From IMG/VR virus record IMGVR_UViG_3300025168_000066: DNA of 64,000 nucleotides. The stretch is one strand, 5' to 3'. Made by a program: the position numbers and the translations under genes. A model generated the notes under the pieces. That model did not search any database. It was not told the origin of the DNA and worked only from the letters and a program-made list of their open reading frames with translations. Shown here piece by piece: positions 18,701 through 29,200 of the stretch; the stretch's first letter is position 1; every line of letters begins with the position of its first letter. The stretch comes from an uncultured virus (IMG/VR IMGVR_UViG_3300025168_000066) (Duplodnaviria > Heunggongvirae > Uroviricota > Caudoviricetes).

Positions 18701-20238
18701 GATTCTGCTTGAGTTAAAATTGCATTTACTTTATCTTCTAAAGTAGTAAACGCTTCAAAAGATTCCATTTCATTCATAAAACTTGTATCTTTTTTAAAAG
18801 CATTTCTTTTTTTAGTAATTAATAAAGACTTTACACTTTGAAGCATTTCTAAACTATCTAGCTGTTTTTTTAGCTCCCACATTTTTCTTAAATTTTCTGA
18901 CGTACCTCTTTCATTTTCCGGTATAGCCATAATATTAGCATATGCTACCTCTGTTCTGTTTAACGCATCCCCCATTGCATCTACAAGATCAAATAAATCT
19001 TCTACTTTTGTTACTCTTTGTAGACTGTTTTCTAATCTTCTTAAGGTAGTTAACTGATCATCACTAACTTGATCTTCAGGTAATTTATTTATTTCATATA
19101 TTTCCTGCGTTATTCTAACTCTTGCATTATCAACTAATTCTTTTAATTTTACTTCTTCTTTGCTGGCTTGTACATAGGGACTTAAGCGATTAATCATACC
19201 TTCAGATCTTAATTTTCCTGCGAACATTTCTTCTGCAAGCACTGCAGCTGTATTAGGACTAACTCCAAATAATTTACCTATAGCTCTAAACAATTTATTA
19301 AATAATCTTTGTAGCTTGTTAGGATTTTTTCTAACAATTTTAGCTCCTTCTAGGCCTATTGCGGTAGCTAACACTTCTTTGTCTAGCATCTCTCCTTGTA
19401 ATTCAGGATACGCTTGCTCTACTTGGTTATACAATTCTGTGTCTCTTAGTTCTGCTATAGCTTGAGCAACAACCGGATCACTTACACCTAATAAATCTAT
19501 GTATATATGTCCAAACTCATGATATGTTGTATCTTTTTTAACTTTTTCTGGATTAATTCTTATAGTTGGTGTTCCGGTCTGAACGGGAGTTCCGTCATCT
19601 TCAAAAGCAACTTCATCAGCTTCTATTTGTACTTGCCCTATATTATCTATACTTGCATCAAATACAACGTTAACATTTATTCCTGCTTTAGCAAAAGATT
19701 CTTGTAACTCTCCTGCTACTCTATATGCATTTTTAAGTTCTTCCTCTTCTAAGTTAGAAAATTTACTGTTACTAGTATTTTCTCTTCTAGCTAAATCATC
19801 TAAAAAAGCATCATCTCTTTCAGCTGCAGGGGCTGCAAATCTTAAGTATTGATCAACATCTGTTTTATTATCACTTGTAATATCTGCATTGTTTGTTCCT
19901 TCAGCAGGTATTCTTTTTAAAAGATCTTCATTTATAGTTAGTACATGTAATTCTGCGGCTGGAGAATAAATTGTTTGTGGAGTCATTTTTACATACTCTG
20001 TAGAAATTAATCCTGGATACTTATTATTTATTCTTTTAATGTCTCTAAGTGCAGATCTAAAATTATTTTGTTGTACATAAATTGTATTTTTAAATTTCTT
20101 AGTAGCTATACTGTGATCTCTTAATATTTTATGTACTTTGTTTACATTCTTATTGTCTGGAGCAACAGTATCCATATACCCAAATAAATCCGTGTATAGT
20201 TTACTTTCTACTCCGTTTAAATAATATTTACATGCCAT
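15790..20238 (-). CDS. Giant virion ejection/cargo protein with zincin-like metallopeptidase domain
   Basis: HEFGH (HExxH) with downstream KEVLA; adjacent to vRNAP; C-terminal hydrophobic segment; single Cys at residue 3. Confidence 0.75.
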   Translation of the reverse strand: MACKYYLNGVESKLYTDLFGYMDTVAPDNKNVNKVHKILRDHSIATKKFKNTIYVQQNNFRSALRDIKRINNKYPGLISTEYVKMTPQTIYSPAAELHVLTINEDLLKRIPAEGTNNADITSDNKTDVDQYLRFAAPAAERDDAFLDDLARRENTSNSKFSNLEEEELKNAYRVAGELQESFAKAGINVNVVFDASIDNIGQVQIEADEVAFEDDGTPVQTGTPTIRINPEKVKKDTTYHEFGHIYIDLLGVSDPVVAQAIAELRDTELYNQVEQAYPELQGEMLDKEVLATAIGLEGAKIVRKNPNKLQRLFNKLFRAIGKLFGVSPNTAAVLAEEMFAGKLRSEGMINRLSPYVQASKEEVKLKELVDNARVRITQEIYEINKLPEDQVSDDQLTTLRRLENSLQRVTKVEDLFDLVDAMGDALNRTEVAYANIMAIPENERGTSENLRKMWELKKQLDSLEMLQSVKSLLITKKRNAFKKDTSFMNEMESFEAFTTLEDKVNAILTQAESLDQDFKEDVIPMLAQSMIGLSNKDLPADIQKLIDNAKKFTRSKGLDESDLAYIELKGRYNKGELTDQEFKLKKSKLYIEQLKQKQLKNYKDLVSELTTAHKDKSGYSYYFDPIIYSSDRGIQLLVKTVTQANLESNDMTLDLKSKLAPMYERFAAGQNESNVEELNDPVLEEITIGGMKRLALVNPIDSERYYKELTEEKNRLGKKHGIPRKQDYTNSEGDVNYASFNRDLDSWGNSESKGGRYRKELSKWTDKNLEAIPGYKQELAKLDKEIKIQADIINALKNEGVGKSEALSNARIRKNELEKFRNRNYINEKPAGDFLRPKASVYANEKYTKIQNDPRLKEYYDFIIQEFQAAQRMIGLKQMEKNGWDKYSYLMPTYRKEDIDRLKEKGVYNTIQDTLKDGFTIQETNHDYYTYNENNRDIEKKIPIYAVNKVPSGEVSRDVASSLYRFRHMAHNFKSKSEIVGQVMFFQDLLKNRKTLETNSAGIQLIQKAAKQMGIDMPKLKEGESNNYKHVQEWLDSVMFGQSNLQQDFTIFGKTFSANEAVGTINSFTAISTLSFNLLQGANQSILDNLMMLQESIAGQFMDKGDLAWAKGEYWSSGMAVTDIGRFDPKSKIGKAVEFFDALTEFTDSEGNQIVGGKSRKLAKSGNLLFLQQAAEHELSATRMLALMKNLEGKLEDSDGNVIMNEDGKPANLYDMLIVDDNGKMSVDPRVANFSRLDFIMKLQGLSRRTNQIKSKMHTNMLQRRWWGKLFMLFRNWMPPGIRRRYGHGGNSTIHVDEELGAVTQGMYISFWNLITESISDKSFAYGRMTEMEQQNVKRTAVELSSLMGAMLLVGFLADLDDEDETWLSNFALYQAKRYETEIMQWTPLVGTKEAFRILQSPTATARPILKGGELLGQLLSEGAYAIGLGDKKEVFYQRKSGKYQKGDRKIRKDFEDLFPIFRGLQKSRNPQDAYKWFTTLD

Positions 20239-20241
20239 AGT

Positions 20242-23200
20242 TTAACATTTTTTGTTTATTGTATCGTCTTCTTCTTTTATTTCTTTGTTTGTTTGTGTAA
20301 AATAAAAATCGTTTGGCATTCTTTCTGTATTTACAGCATTTAAATTAAAACTAAAGACGCTTTTCTTTTCTAAATTTGTTGTTCCTATCTCAAGTATTTT
20401 ATTAGGAACTCCTAAAGGAGATAATTGTTGGTATGTAGCATCTCCTGTAAATACATACATTGTACCTTCTTTTGTTCTAAAGTATTGCAAGTACCCTTTA
20501 TCCTCATTAAATACTTTAGGGTCTTCTGGAGTAAAACTGATTTCACCATCAACAATAGCACGTGCTCCTACTTTTATTGTGGGTAATAAAGGCTTTCCAT
20601 TAATCCTTCTATTACCATAATTTCTTATAAACTCGTGTGTAAAGTTACCAAAACTTAAGTAATTAGAAGTATCTAGTTGTTGAATTTCTTGCTCAAAAAA
20701 CTCTACAGGTGATCCTACTCCTGGATTTAGTATATCTGTTGTAAATACTTCTGAAGGTATTAGGTCTATATAACTACCATATGTAGGAGAAAATCCATTT
20801 GTTAAAAATTGATTTGCTACTAAAACTGTTCCAAAATTACGTATTTTATCTACTGGGCTAGTTAGCATCATAAACAATCCATTGCTAAGCTCATTCTTAT
20901 CAGCTGTAGATAAATCTGTTCCAGTATCTAATACTATTCGCGTTATACCTGTTTCTTTATTACTAGAATCTTCTTTTAACAGTCTATAAAATGGATTATT
21001 ATTTAATTCAGGATATTGTAATCCAATTTCTCTTAACCTAAGTACTATATTTCTAGAACTTTCTTTTGTATATAAGTTTTCTATTACTGATCTAGAAAGT
21101 ATATCAGATAAAGGACTGTGAGCTTGAGTCATAATAGATAAGTTTAGTGCTCTATCTATAAATTTATGTTGACCCGCACTAAGAATATCTAATTGTAAAA
21201 TGTTTTTAATATCTTCTTTACCTTGCTTAAATGCAGCGCTATTTTGTATAAATCCTAAACTACTCATGTTATTTAGTATAGTATCAAGAACTCCTCTATA
21301 TGCAATACCTGTATGATTCTGAGGACTAGATGTTCCTTGTTGATGTACTATATAATCTTTTGCTCCTTTGATTAAACTTTGATTACCTAAATAAAAAGCT
21401 TCGGTATCTAAATGATTATTTATAGCTGAGATTTCGTTAAGATTGTCTAAATTTCCAGGTGTAATTATTTTATTTACTCTTTGTAATTGCTTACCTGCCA
21501 TATAAAATTTTGCAAAATTTATTAAAAGTCTATCATTAGGAATACTTTTTGATGCTAAAGAATCAAAAGTCATATTAGCTATCTTTCCATCTTTCATATC
21601 TATAGAATCTAACAATTTATTTTCTGGAATACTTTTTATAGTTGCAGTTTCAATTAGTTTTACAATAGCAGGCTGTGTTAAAAATTCTACTACTGTTGTA
21701 ATTGGTATACCAGTCATTAGCATTAGTCCTGCTACAGGTATTGTATAAACATTATCATTTATATCTAATTGTATAGGTGATTTTGCAGCGTCTACAGCTG
21801 CAGACAAGTATTCAGAAATGTTTGCATCAGTATAGTTACCTTCTAAGTCTACAGTAGTAATTCTAGACATTTTTTGCCCATTAATTGTAGGGGCAAAGTC
21901 AGAATTTATATTTAAAACTTTTAATGTTTCTGCTACGTTTCTACCTGCAAGCATGTTTGACCATAATCCTCTACCTGCAATCCCTACTTTGTTTCTACTT
22001 TCCATCTGTAGTTCTGACAAAGGATTATTATAATTTATTTTTTTACTAGATATTGCTAACCGGTCTAGTGTAGCATTTGCTACTGGAGTCATAACTTCTT
22101 GTAAATGTTTTTTATCTAGTAATATACTTTTAAATACTTCGTATATAATATTATTTCTTTCTTGTTTGGCAGTAAGTTTGCCTGTTTCTTTAAATATAAG
22201 GTGTAGTTTATCTATATCAAAATCACTACCTTGTTGTATAGTTAGGGCCCCCGGAACCATAATAGCTTTAGAATAATTTTCAGGTAAAAAGTCAACAACT
22301 TTAAATACCATTGCAGAGCTCTTACCTTGTTGTGGTATACGATACCCTATAAACTCTAGTCTAGGATCGTCTTCAGCAATTTTACCTTCTATTTCTTCTG
22401 CTGTAAATCCAAGAGTACTAGCTTTTATTCTTACTTCTGCCCCTCCATTACTACCATTATACATTTGTAGTTCTCCACTAATGTTATGACCTCCTAGTTC
22501 TGCTATTTGTACTGCTTCTATACCTTTTAACTTTTGATTATAAATTTCTTTACGAAATATACCTGCAACCATTGTCTCAAATTTAGATGTAAAATTTGGA
22601 AAACTTAGTGGTATCCTAAATTTGTAGTCAAATGGTCCATTAGGTATAATATCTAAACCGTCTAAATAGTTTTGAGGTAACTCTTTATCTTTAATTTCCT
22701 GTTCTATTCTACCTCTAAGCAATTTTAAATGATTTAGTTTAGCATTTTTGTGCTCAATAGTTTCTTTATCTTTAATTTTAGCAACTTGACTTATTCCTAA
22801 CTCTCTTAATACTCTGCTAGTATCTTCTTCTATGTTTTCACTAATAGCCATCCCAAACATTTCCTGAAGCATAGCTCCTGGAATCTGTTGTCCTTCATAG
22901 ATATACATTTCATTAGGAAGTACATTAGTAATAAGGTTTTTTCTAATTTGTCTATTAAACACAACTTTTCCTTTTTCTTCTGTAGGAATCATTTGCGGAA
23001 ATCTTAATTTACTAGAGTCCATAACCATTGGAGTAGAAAGATCTAATACTCCTGTTCCTTGAAAATCTTGTACATTAACTCTTGCTCCTTTTGTAGCGCT
23101 CTCTGTGTGGACTACGTGTATACCTTTCTTAAATGCATCAATCATTGTTTGCAAATAGCTAAAGTCTCTTGCAAGCTGTGGAGTTACTACCATATATGAA

Positions 23201-26200
23201 TTCTTATCCATATGCATAGTACTAACACCATTTTTTACATTTGTTTGTTCATGATATGGCTTTAAAGGTACGGTAGGTCTATTGTAGTCCCCTCCAGCTA
23301 AATATTCTTTATATGCCTGCTCATCTAGATTGTTCCATTTACCCATACCTTGCATAATTCCTCGGTACATTTCTAAGCTAATAAAAGATTGCGCATCTGA
23401 TTTATTAGTAGTTCTATATAGTTCAGCTATTTCTTTTCTTAGTCCATTATTTATTAAACTTTCTACAACAGCATCTGACTTTTGTGTATCTGTATAATTA
23501 AAGTCTTTTATTACTAATGCATTATACTCAGGCATCATACCATACTGTGTATCATTTTGATCAAAGCCTTGTATAGCTAATTTACTTCCAGGCGTATTTA
23601 ATAATCCACTACGCTTGTAAAAATCTGCCTCATCTTTTGCAAAAGAATACCCACTTCTTAAAAATTTAGTTACTTCTGCTCTTCCTACAAACTCTTGGAA
23701 TATAAAATCTTTTATAAAATCTATTTGTAAATTGTTACTGCTTAAAGATGCATCAACATCTACAGGTAATCTAATGTCAAGATTTGGTAAAGTTCGTTGC
23801 ATTTCGTTTTCAAACTCCTTTAACATATTTTCAACGTAAATTACTTGTTGATCTAACAATTTATTAAATGTTCTTACATCTGTTTTGTCTGTTTTATTTA
23901 AAAAAGTTCCTAATAGTTTAGACATGTTAGTTCCTTCAGTTGTTTTTATGTCTTCTAATCCATAAATTTGTGTCATTGTAAATACAGAACCATCTCCGGC
24001 ATAAGGACTACTACCTTTTTTATAATGATACCCTTCCATTAATTTAGATGTGTTGTTTGTTACTCTAGCATTTTGTATTTCCCTGTTTGCTTGATCTATT
24101 CTAGCAAGGTCTTGTATAATAAGCCCTTCTATTATTTGCTTTCTGTTTAGTGTAATACCAAACTTTTTTAAACTATTTACTTTAGGTACTTGTATAAATC
24201 CTAAGTTTGGACGGTCCGCCTGTATGTGTAAAGCAGAATAAGCAAAATCACTATCTTTATTTATAAACCCTATCATTCTTTCTATTAAAGATGCTTTGTT
24301 ATTTTGTCCTTCATAATCTACAACAGTGTTTCCTGTTTTATATGAATCTAAAGTATAGTTTCTAAATGCTTTTCTTCCTTTAACAGTTTTTAATGCTTCT
24401 AGTAGTATTGAGTTGTATGTAGTGTCAGGACCAGGCTGGGGTACAAACAACGGATCTTTTTCTAACTCAGAAAAATAACGTTTTCTTTCTTCTGTTTGTT
24501 GCGGATCGTTAATTAATTCTATTAGTTCATCTACAGATGTTGGCTGATTAACAGGGTAATATGATTTATTTGTACCACTAATAAATGTACCAAAAGGTTG
24601 ACTGTCAAATAAAATAGACAACTGAGCAATTTTTTCAATAGTACTACCTTCTTTATTATGAAAATTTGTGCCCGGAGTATTTTCTAGTATTAATAAAAGT
24701 TTTTCAAAATTTTCATTAGGACTAAATGCAAACTCAGAAAAAAGATACCCTTTAGTAACACCTTGCTCATTACCTATTGCATAATACCTTTTTAAATTTT
24801 CTCTTGTAGATTCTAATGTAGGTCCGTAGTTCATTCCTAGTTCCCACAAATATGTTCCTAGCGCATCTATTTGCGCTTCACTCCACTCTGCTAGATCTCT
24901 ATTACTTTGTGCTGTTTTTACTACTTTCCATGCGTTTTGTATACGCTCTAACTTTTCCGGTTTAACTTCAAGTTTTCCGTTAACCTCTCTATAAGGAGAT
25001 CTTGGGTTTACTGTTATATATTCTACAGAATTATTTATAAAATCTTTTCGTGATCTTTTTGTAACACTGCTTTGATTAGAATTAATAATTAAATTTTTAG
25101 TTGTACCATCTGATTGATTTTCTTTTTTAAATAATAAAAATCTTTTATATGTATTTTTAAATGCTGCAAACATAGCAGCTTTTTGTCCCGGATTTAATCC
25201 TACTAGTCTTTCTGTAATTGCTTGTACTTCAGGTTTGTACTCTGAATAGTAATCTAATTTTGATACCATAGCATCAAAGGTTGGTTGACTAACTGCTGCT
25301 TCTGTTAGAATAGATACTACTCTAGCTAAAGGTAAAGTTTCTGGATACCCTAATATATTAGTCCCTACTTTAATATTTGTTAAAAGCGCTTTAGCTCTTT
25401 CGGATAATTTAGTTTTAGGGTCTTCTTGTATTCTAGACATATTATAGATTCGTATAAACTCTTCATCTATTTCTTCTATAAGAGAGCTTTTATCTAATAG
25501 TTTCATGTCTTGTGTAGACAAACTGTCTCTTAATAAATCAAATACTCCTACTGTTTGTATGTTTCCTAATGCATCATATTTACTGTCCCACTGGTCGTAA
25601 GCATTTATAAATACATCCCAGTTTTGTCCTAGCTCTATATTTCCTTCTTCTATCTTTTTTACAAAATTATCATATCCATTTTCACCAGATGTTAGAGTGT
25701 CATACAATTCTTTTGCTTTTTCTATAGTAATACTATTATTAAATGCTGCTTGTAAAGTTTTATCTTTTAAGGCACTAACTAGATTACCTCCCATTTTATA
25801 CCCTACTTTAATTTGTATATCATTTGCAAATCCTAGTAAAGTGTTTAACAAAGCAGATTGTATCTGCATGTTTTCTTTTTCAGATCTATTTAAATCAAGT
25901 ACTTTATTTTTTTGTTTATTAGATAAAGCTACAGGAAAACTTTCTGATTTATTATTTAAAAACTCATATATACCTATACCTTGAAAAAGTCTAGGCTCAT
26001 TGTTTTCATCTAAATTATTAAAATATTGTTCTATTTGATTTATATCTTGTTTTTCAAAATTAAATCCATAAAATTTTTTAAACTCTTCCCCATATATACT
26101 TTCGTATATAGTTTCTGCTTCTGCATTAGACCCTACAGCATCTCTTAAATCTTTTAAAAGTTTAGAGTCTTTACCATTAGGCAATACAGCTCTACCGTTT

Positions 26201-26217
26201 TCTATTCTACAACTCAT
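20242..26217 (-). CDS. crAss-like virion RNA polymerase (single-chain, two-barrel)
   Basis: 1991 aa; YRIPQQGKSS followed by GSDFDIDKL (the crAss-type DFDID catalytic motif); also DAQSF, LKP and AVDAAK motifs. Confidence 0.9.
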   Translation of the reverse strand: MSCRIENGRAVLPNGKDSKLLKDLRDAVGSNAEAETIYESIYGEEFKKFYGFNFEKQDINQIEQYFNNLDENNEPRLFQGIGIYEFLNNKSESFPVALSNKQKNKVLDLNRSEKENMQIQSALLNTLLGFANDIQIKVGYKMGGNLVSALKDKTLQAAFNNSITIEKAKELYDTLTSGENGYDNFVKKIEEGNIELGQNWDVFINAYDQWDSKYDALGNIQTVGVFDLLRDSLSTQDMKLLDKSSLIEEIDEEFIRIYNMSRIQEDPKTKLSERAKALLTNIKVGTNILGYPETLPLARVVSILTEAAVSQPTFDAMVSKLDYYSEYKPEVQAITERLVGLNPGQKAAMFAAFKNTYKRFLLFKKENQSDGTTKNLIINSNQSSVTKRSRKDFINNSVEYITVNPRSPYREVNGKLEVKPEKLERIQNAWKVVKTAQSNRDLAEWSEAQIDALGTYLWELGMNYGPTLESTRENLKRYYAIGNEQGVTKGYLFSEFAFSPNENFEKLLLILENTPGTNFHNKEGSTIEKIAQLSILFDSQPFGTFISGTNKSYYPVNQPTSVDELIELINDPQQTEERKRYFSELEKDPLFVPQPGPDTTYNSILLEALKTVKGRKAFRNYTLDSYKTGNTVVDYEGQNNKASLIERMIGFINKDSDFAYSALHIQADRPNLGFIQVPKVNSLKKFGITLNRKQIIEGLIIQDLARIDQANREIQNARVTNNTSKLMEGYHYKKGSSPYAGDGSVFTMTQIYGLEDIKTTEGTNMSKLLGTFLNKTDKTDVRTFNKLLDQQVIYVENMLKEFENEMQRTLPNLDIRLPVDVDASLSSNNLQIDFIKDFIFQEFVGRAEVTKFLRSGYSFAKDEADFYKRSGLLNTPGSKLAIQGFDQNDTQYGMMPEYNALVIKDFNYTDTQKSDAVVESLINNGLRKEIAELYRTTNKSDAQSFISLEMYRGIMQGMGKWNNLDEQAYKEYLAGGDYNRPTVPLKPYHEQTNVKNGVSTMHMDKNSYMVVTPQLARDFSYLQTMIDAFKKGIHVVHTESATKGARVNVQDFQGTGVLDLSTPMVMDSSKLRFPQMIPTEEKGKVVFNRQIRKNLITNVLPNEMYIYEGQQIPGAMLQEMFGMAISENIEEDTSRVLRELGISQVAKIKDKETIEHKNAKLNHLKLLRGRIEQEIKDKELPQNYLDGLDIIPNGPFDYKFRIPLSFPNFTSKFETMVAGIFRKEIYNQKLKGIEAVQIAELGGHNISGELQMYNGSNGGAEVRIKASTLGFTAEEIEGKIAEDDPRLEFIGYRIPQQGKSSAMVFKVVDFLPENYSKAIMVPGALTIQQGSDFDIDKLHLIFKETGKLTAKQERNNIIYEVFKSILLDKKHLQEVMTPVANATLDRLAISSKKINYNNPLSELQMESRNKVGIAGRGLWSNMLAGRNVAETLKVLNINSDFAPTINGQKMSRITTVDLEGNYTDANISEYLSAAVDAAKSPIQLDINDNVYTIPVAGLMLMTGIPITTVVEFLTQPAIVKLIETATIKSIPENKLLDSIDMKDGKIANMTFDSLASKSIPNDRLLINFAKFYMAGKQLQRVNKIITPGNLDNLNEISAINNHLDTEAFYLGNQSLIKGAKDYIVHQQGTSSPQNHTGIAYRGVLDTILNNMSSLGFIQNSAAFKQGKEDIKNILQLDILSAGQHKFIDRALNLSIMTQAHSPLSDILSRSVIENLYTKESSRNIVLRLREIGLQYPELNNNPFYRLLKEDSSNKETGITRIVLDTGTDLSTADKNELSNGLFMMLTSPVDKIRNFGTVLVANQFLTNGFSPTYGSYIDLIPSEVFTTDILNPGVGSPVEFFEQEIQQLDTSNYLSFGNFTHEFIRNYGNRRINGKPLLPTIKVGARAIVDGEISFTPEDPKVFNEDKGYLQYFRTKEGTMYVFTGDATYQQLSPLGVPNKILEIGTTNLEKKSVFSFNLNAVNTERMPNDFYFTQTNKEIKEEDDTINKKC

Positions 26218-29200
26218 TATTTACAATTCTTTTTATTAAATTTATCTTTAAAATTTTGAGGAACTACTGGAGCTTCTTTACTCATTTGTTGTTCTGCCTG
26301 CTCAAATATATCACTTTCAAAATATTCTTTAACAGAGTTTTCATTTTTAGTTAAAGTAGCAGCAATTGATGGATCTATTTGTACTATTTCTTTATAAAAA
26401 AGTAAATCATTTATATTAAATTGTAAATCATTTAAAATTCTATAAGCCAATGTTTCAGATTCTAATGCTTCTTCTGGTAAACCTTGATCTAGTAATTCAT
26501 TATAAGTTTTACCATAAAGCATTATACTTGCTAAATTCTTATCAGCTTTATTTGGTTTAATATCCTTTGATTGAGTTTTATCAACTCTTATATCTTTTAT
26601 AAGTTGAGAATTTTTTAAATCGGTTTTAGTAGCAAGTTTTCTTCTGTCAAATATTTCTTTTAATTTAGAAGAATATTGAGTTTTTTTAGCTGCTGGAGCT
26701 TCTGTAGATGGTTCTAGTTTAGACTCTTCAATAACCTCTTGTGCAGTTTTACCAAATAAATTTCCCCTTTCAAATGTCACCCTAGGATTATTAAATAAAC
26801 TTTCATTTATTCTTGTAGTATCTACACTCAATATAGAGTAATGTCCTTCTCCCTGTACCCTATTACCGGTTTCTGTACTAGAAAATAAATATTCTTGGTA
26901 ATCATTATAAGTTAATCCTGTAACAGGACTAACATATTGTTCTGTAGTGTTAGCAAAACCTTTATCTACATGATATTTTTTATTATTTAAAAAACTTTCA
27001 AAATCTTCTTTAAGATTAAACTTATCGCTTTCTGTATTTCTTTTTCCTCTAGAAATAAATGTTGAACCAGTACTATCTTCTACTAGTTCAACAATATTAT
27101 AAGAAGCCTTTTGAGTATTTAAAGCTTTAATCATTTCACTTTCAGTAATTCTTATTAGCTTTTCTAATCTTGGGCTGTAATACACTAAATATTGTTCTCC
27201 TCCTCTAAAAGTGTCAAACGTTAAAAAACTTGGGTTTTTATCTGCATTTTGTGGTTGCACACTTGCTGCTACTATTTGTGCAGCTAACCCGTAATTTTTA
27301 TTTTGTATAGCTTCAACAACTTTCTTTTTAGCAGCTTCAGATAAATTAGCAGTACTAGTTAATACAATCCTAGGCTTACCTCCAGGCACATTTTCCGGCC
27401 TTGCTACTACTGCTATCTGATCTATTCGACCACTAGTTTGTTCTGTTTGTACTGAAGCTTTTATTTTAGGTAAATCTTTTTGATTTTTATCAGGACTTAC
27501 ATCACTAACCTGCCATTGTACTATATCTGTTTCTCCAGGAACTCCAGATGTAAATGCTAGTAATACATTATTTCTACTGCCTCCTCCAATCTCTTCTTCT
27601 ATATTATAAAAATAACTTGTGTCTGTTGCTTCTGATAGTACAGCATTGTTATAGTTATTAGCTATAATTTCTGATATTTTTGTAGTTACTTTTTCACCAG
27701 CTTTTAATTTTTCTAGTATTGCTACTCTTTCTGCACCAAGGCCTGCAGGTAATGTCCCTATAAGCTCACCATCAAGTCTTATATATATAGGAGTTTGTTC
27801 AGCTTCAGTAGGTTTTCCTTTGTGATTTTGTGTAAAGAAATCATTTTCTATAATTTCAAAAGTTATTTCTCTCCCAACAGCATCTCCAAGTAATACACTT
27901 TGATTAATAACAATAGGTTTTCCATCAAGTGTATCTCCCTCTTGTAAATTAGGAATTCCGTTACCATCTACTCCCACTTTCTTTTTATTAGTTACCCATA
28001 AAGTAGGATTTTCTTTTAAACTAATGCTTAAGACTGGGGCATCTTCTGTTTCTTCCATTGGAAGCATGTCTTCAAGGCTTAGTTGTGCAGGATCTGATTT
28101 TGTTTTGATCTGCCTTTTAGGTGGAGCAGATTCTTCTTCTACTTGAATATCAGCTAAGTCTCCTACTGGTTCGTCTTCTTTCTCAACTTGTTTTTCTTTT
28201 TCAATTTGTTCTTTATTATTTACTTCATATTCTAATTCTTCAATTGCTTTTTTTAAACCTTCAAGCTCTGAGTCTGTAAGAGTAGTTTGATCTATTGCTT
28301 TAAGATTTAGTATTTGTTGCTCAATAGGAAGACCTTCGTAATAATCTAAATACTTTTTCTTTTCTTGTTGTTCTTGCGCTTTAAGTTCTTTTTCTTTTAT
28401 ATCAGCATCAACTTTTACTTCATCTTTTGCATCTTCTACATTTTCTTTAATGTCTTTTTCTGTTTTAGCATCTCTAATTTCTTTTTTATTTTTAAGATCT
28501 TTTGCTGCTTGTTTTGCCTGTTCTTCTCTTTTTACTCTTTCTTCTTCAAACAGTTCTTGACTGTACTCATTAGAGCTAAGTTTAATATGCGCTTCAACTG
28601 CAACTTGATTTTCTGCTAATAAGTCTAAATAATCTCCAGCTTCTTTACTAAATTCTTGTATTTTTAAAGGGTCTACATTATTTTTTATAAGTAATCCTAA
28701 TACTTCTTCAAGTCTTTTTTTAACGTTAGCTTGCTCTTCTTTAGCAGTATAGTCTTCTGCTTTAGTTCCACCAAACTCAGGAAGTGCTAAAATATCTTTC
28801 ATAATACTTCCGTTGTTCAAATTAACTGAACCGTCTAGTATTCCCTGCATTTTATCGTGTATGCTTTTTAATCTGCTATTTCTATCTTTAATCCCATACA
28901 TCCCTAATATAAGCTGAGCTCTTAGCCCTTCTCTTCTTTGATAAACAGTTTCTTCAGCTTTTCTTTCTGCCTCTGTCATTCTCATTCTAGGAAGACCCGT
29001 TTTTGGATCTTGAGAAGGGAATGCTTTATTTATAGAATCATATGTTTCTTTAAAAGACTTATATTTTTCTCTTAAGTTTTCAACTATTTCTTCTTTTGTT
29101 TTACCTGTTTGATCTTTAATAGATTCTTCAGTATTGTAGCCAAACGATTTAGCAAATTCTACATCAGATAAAGATGCAGCATCATTTAGTTTTTCCATAA

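Noticed and set aside
1027..26217. Inteins, group I introns or homing endonucleases in helicases, primase or vRNAP
   Set aside because: ORF lengths are ordinary, catalytic motifs are contiguous, and no LAGLIDADG/HNH or intein splice motifs were seen.
28070..28090. QLSLE as a beta-clamp binding motif in the 1515-aa cargo protein
   Set aside because: It lacks the terminal aromatic residue and is too short to support.
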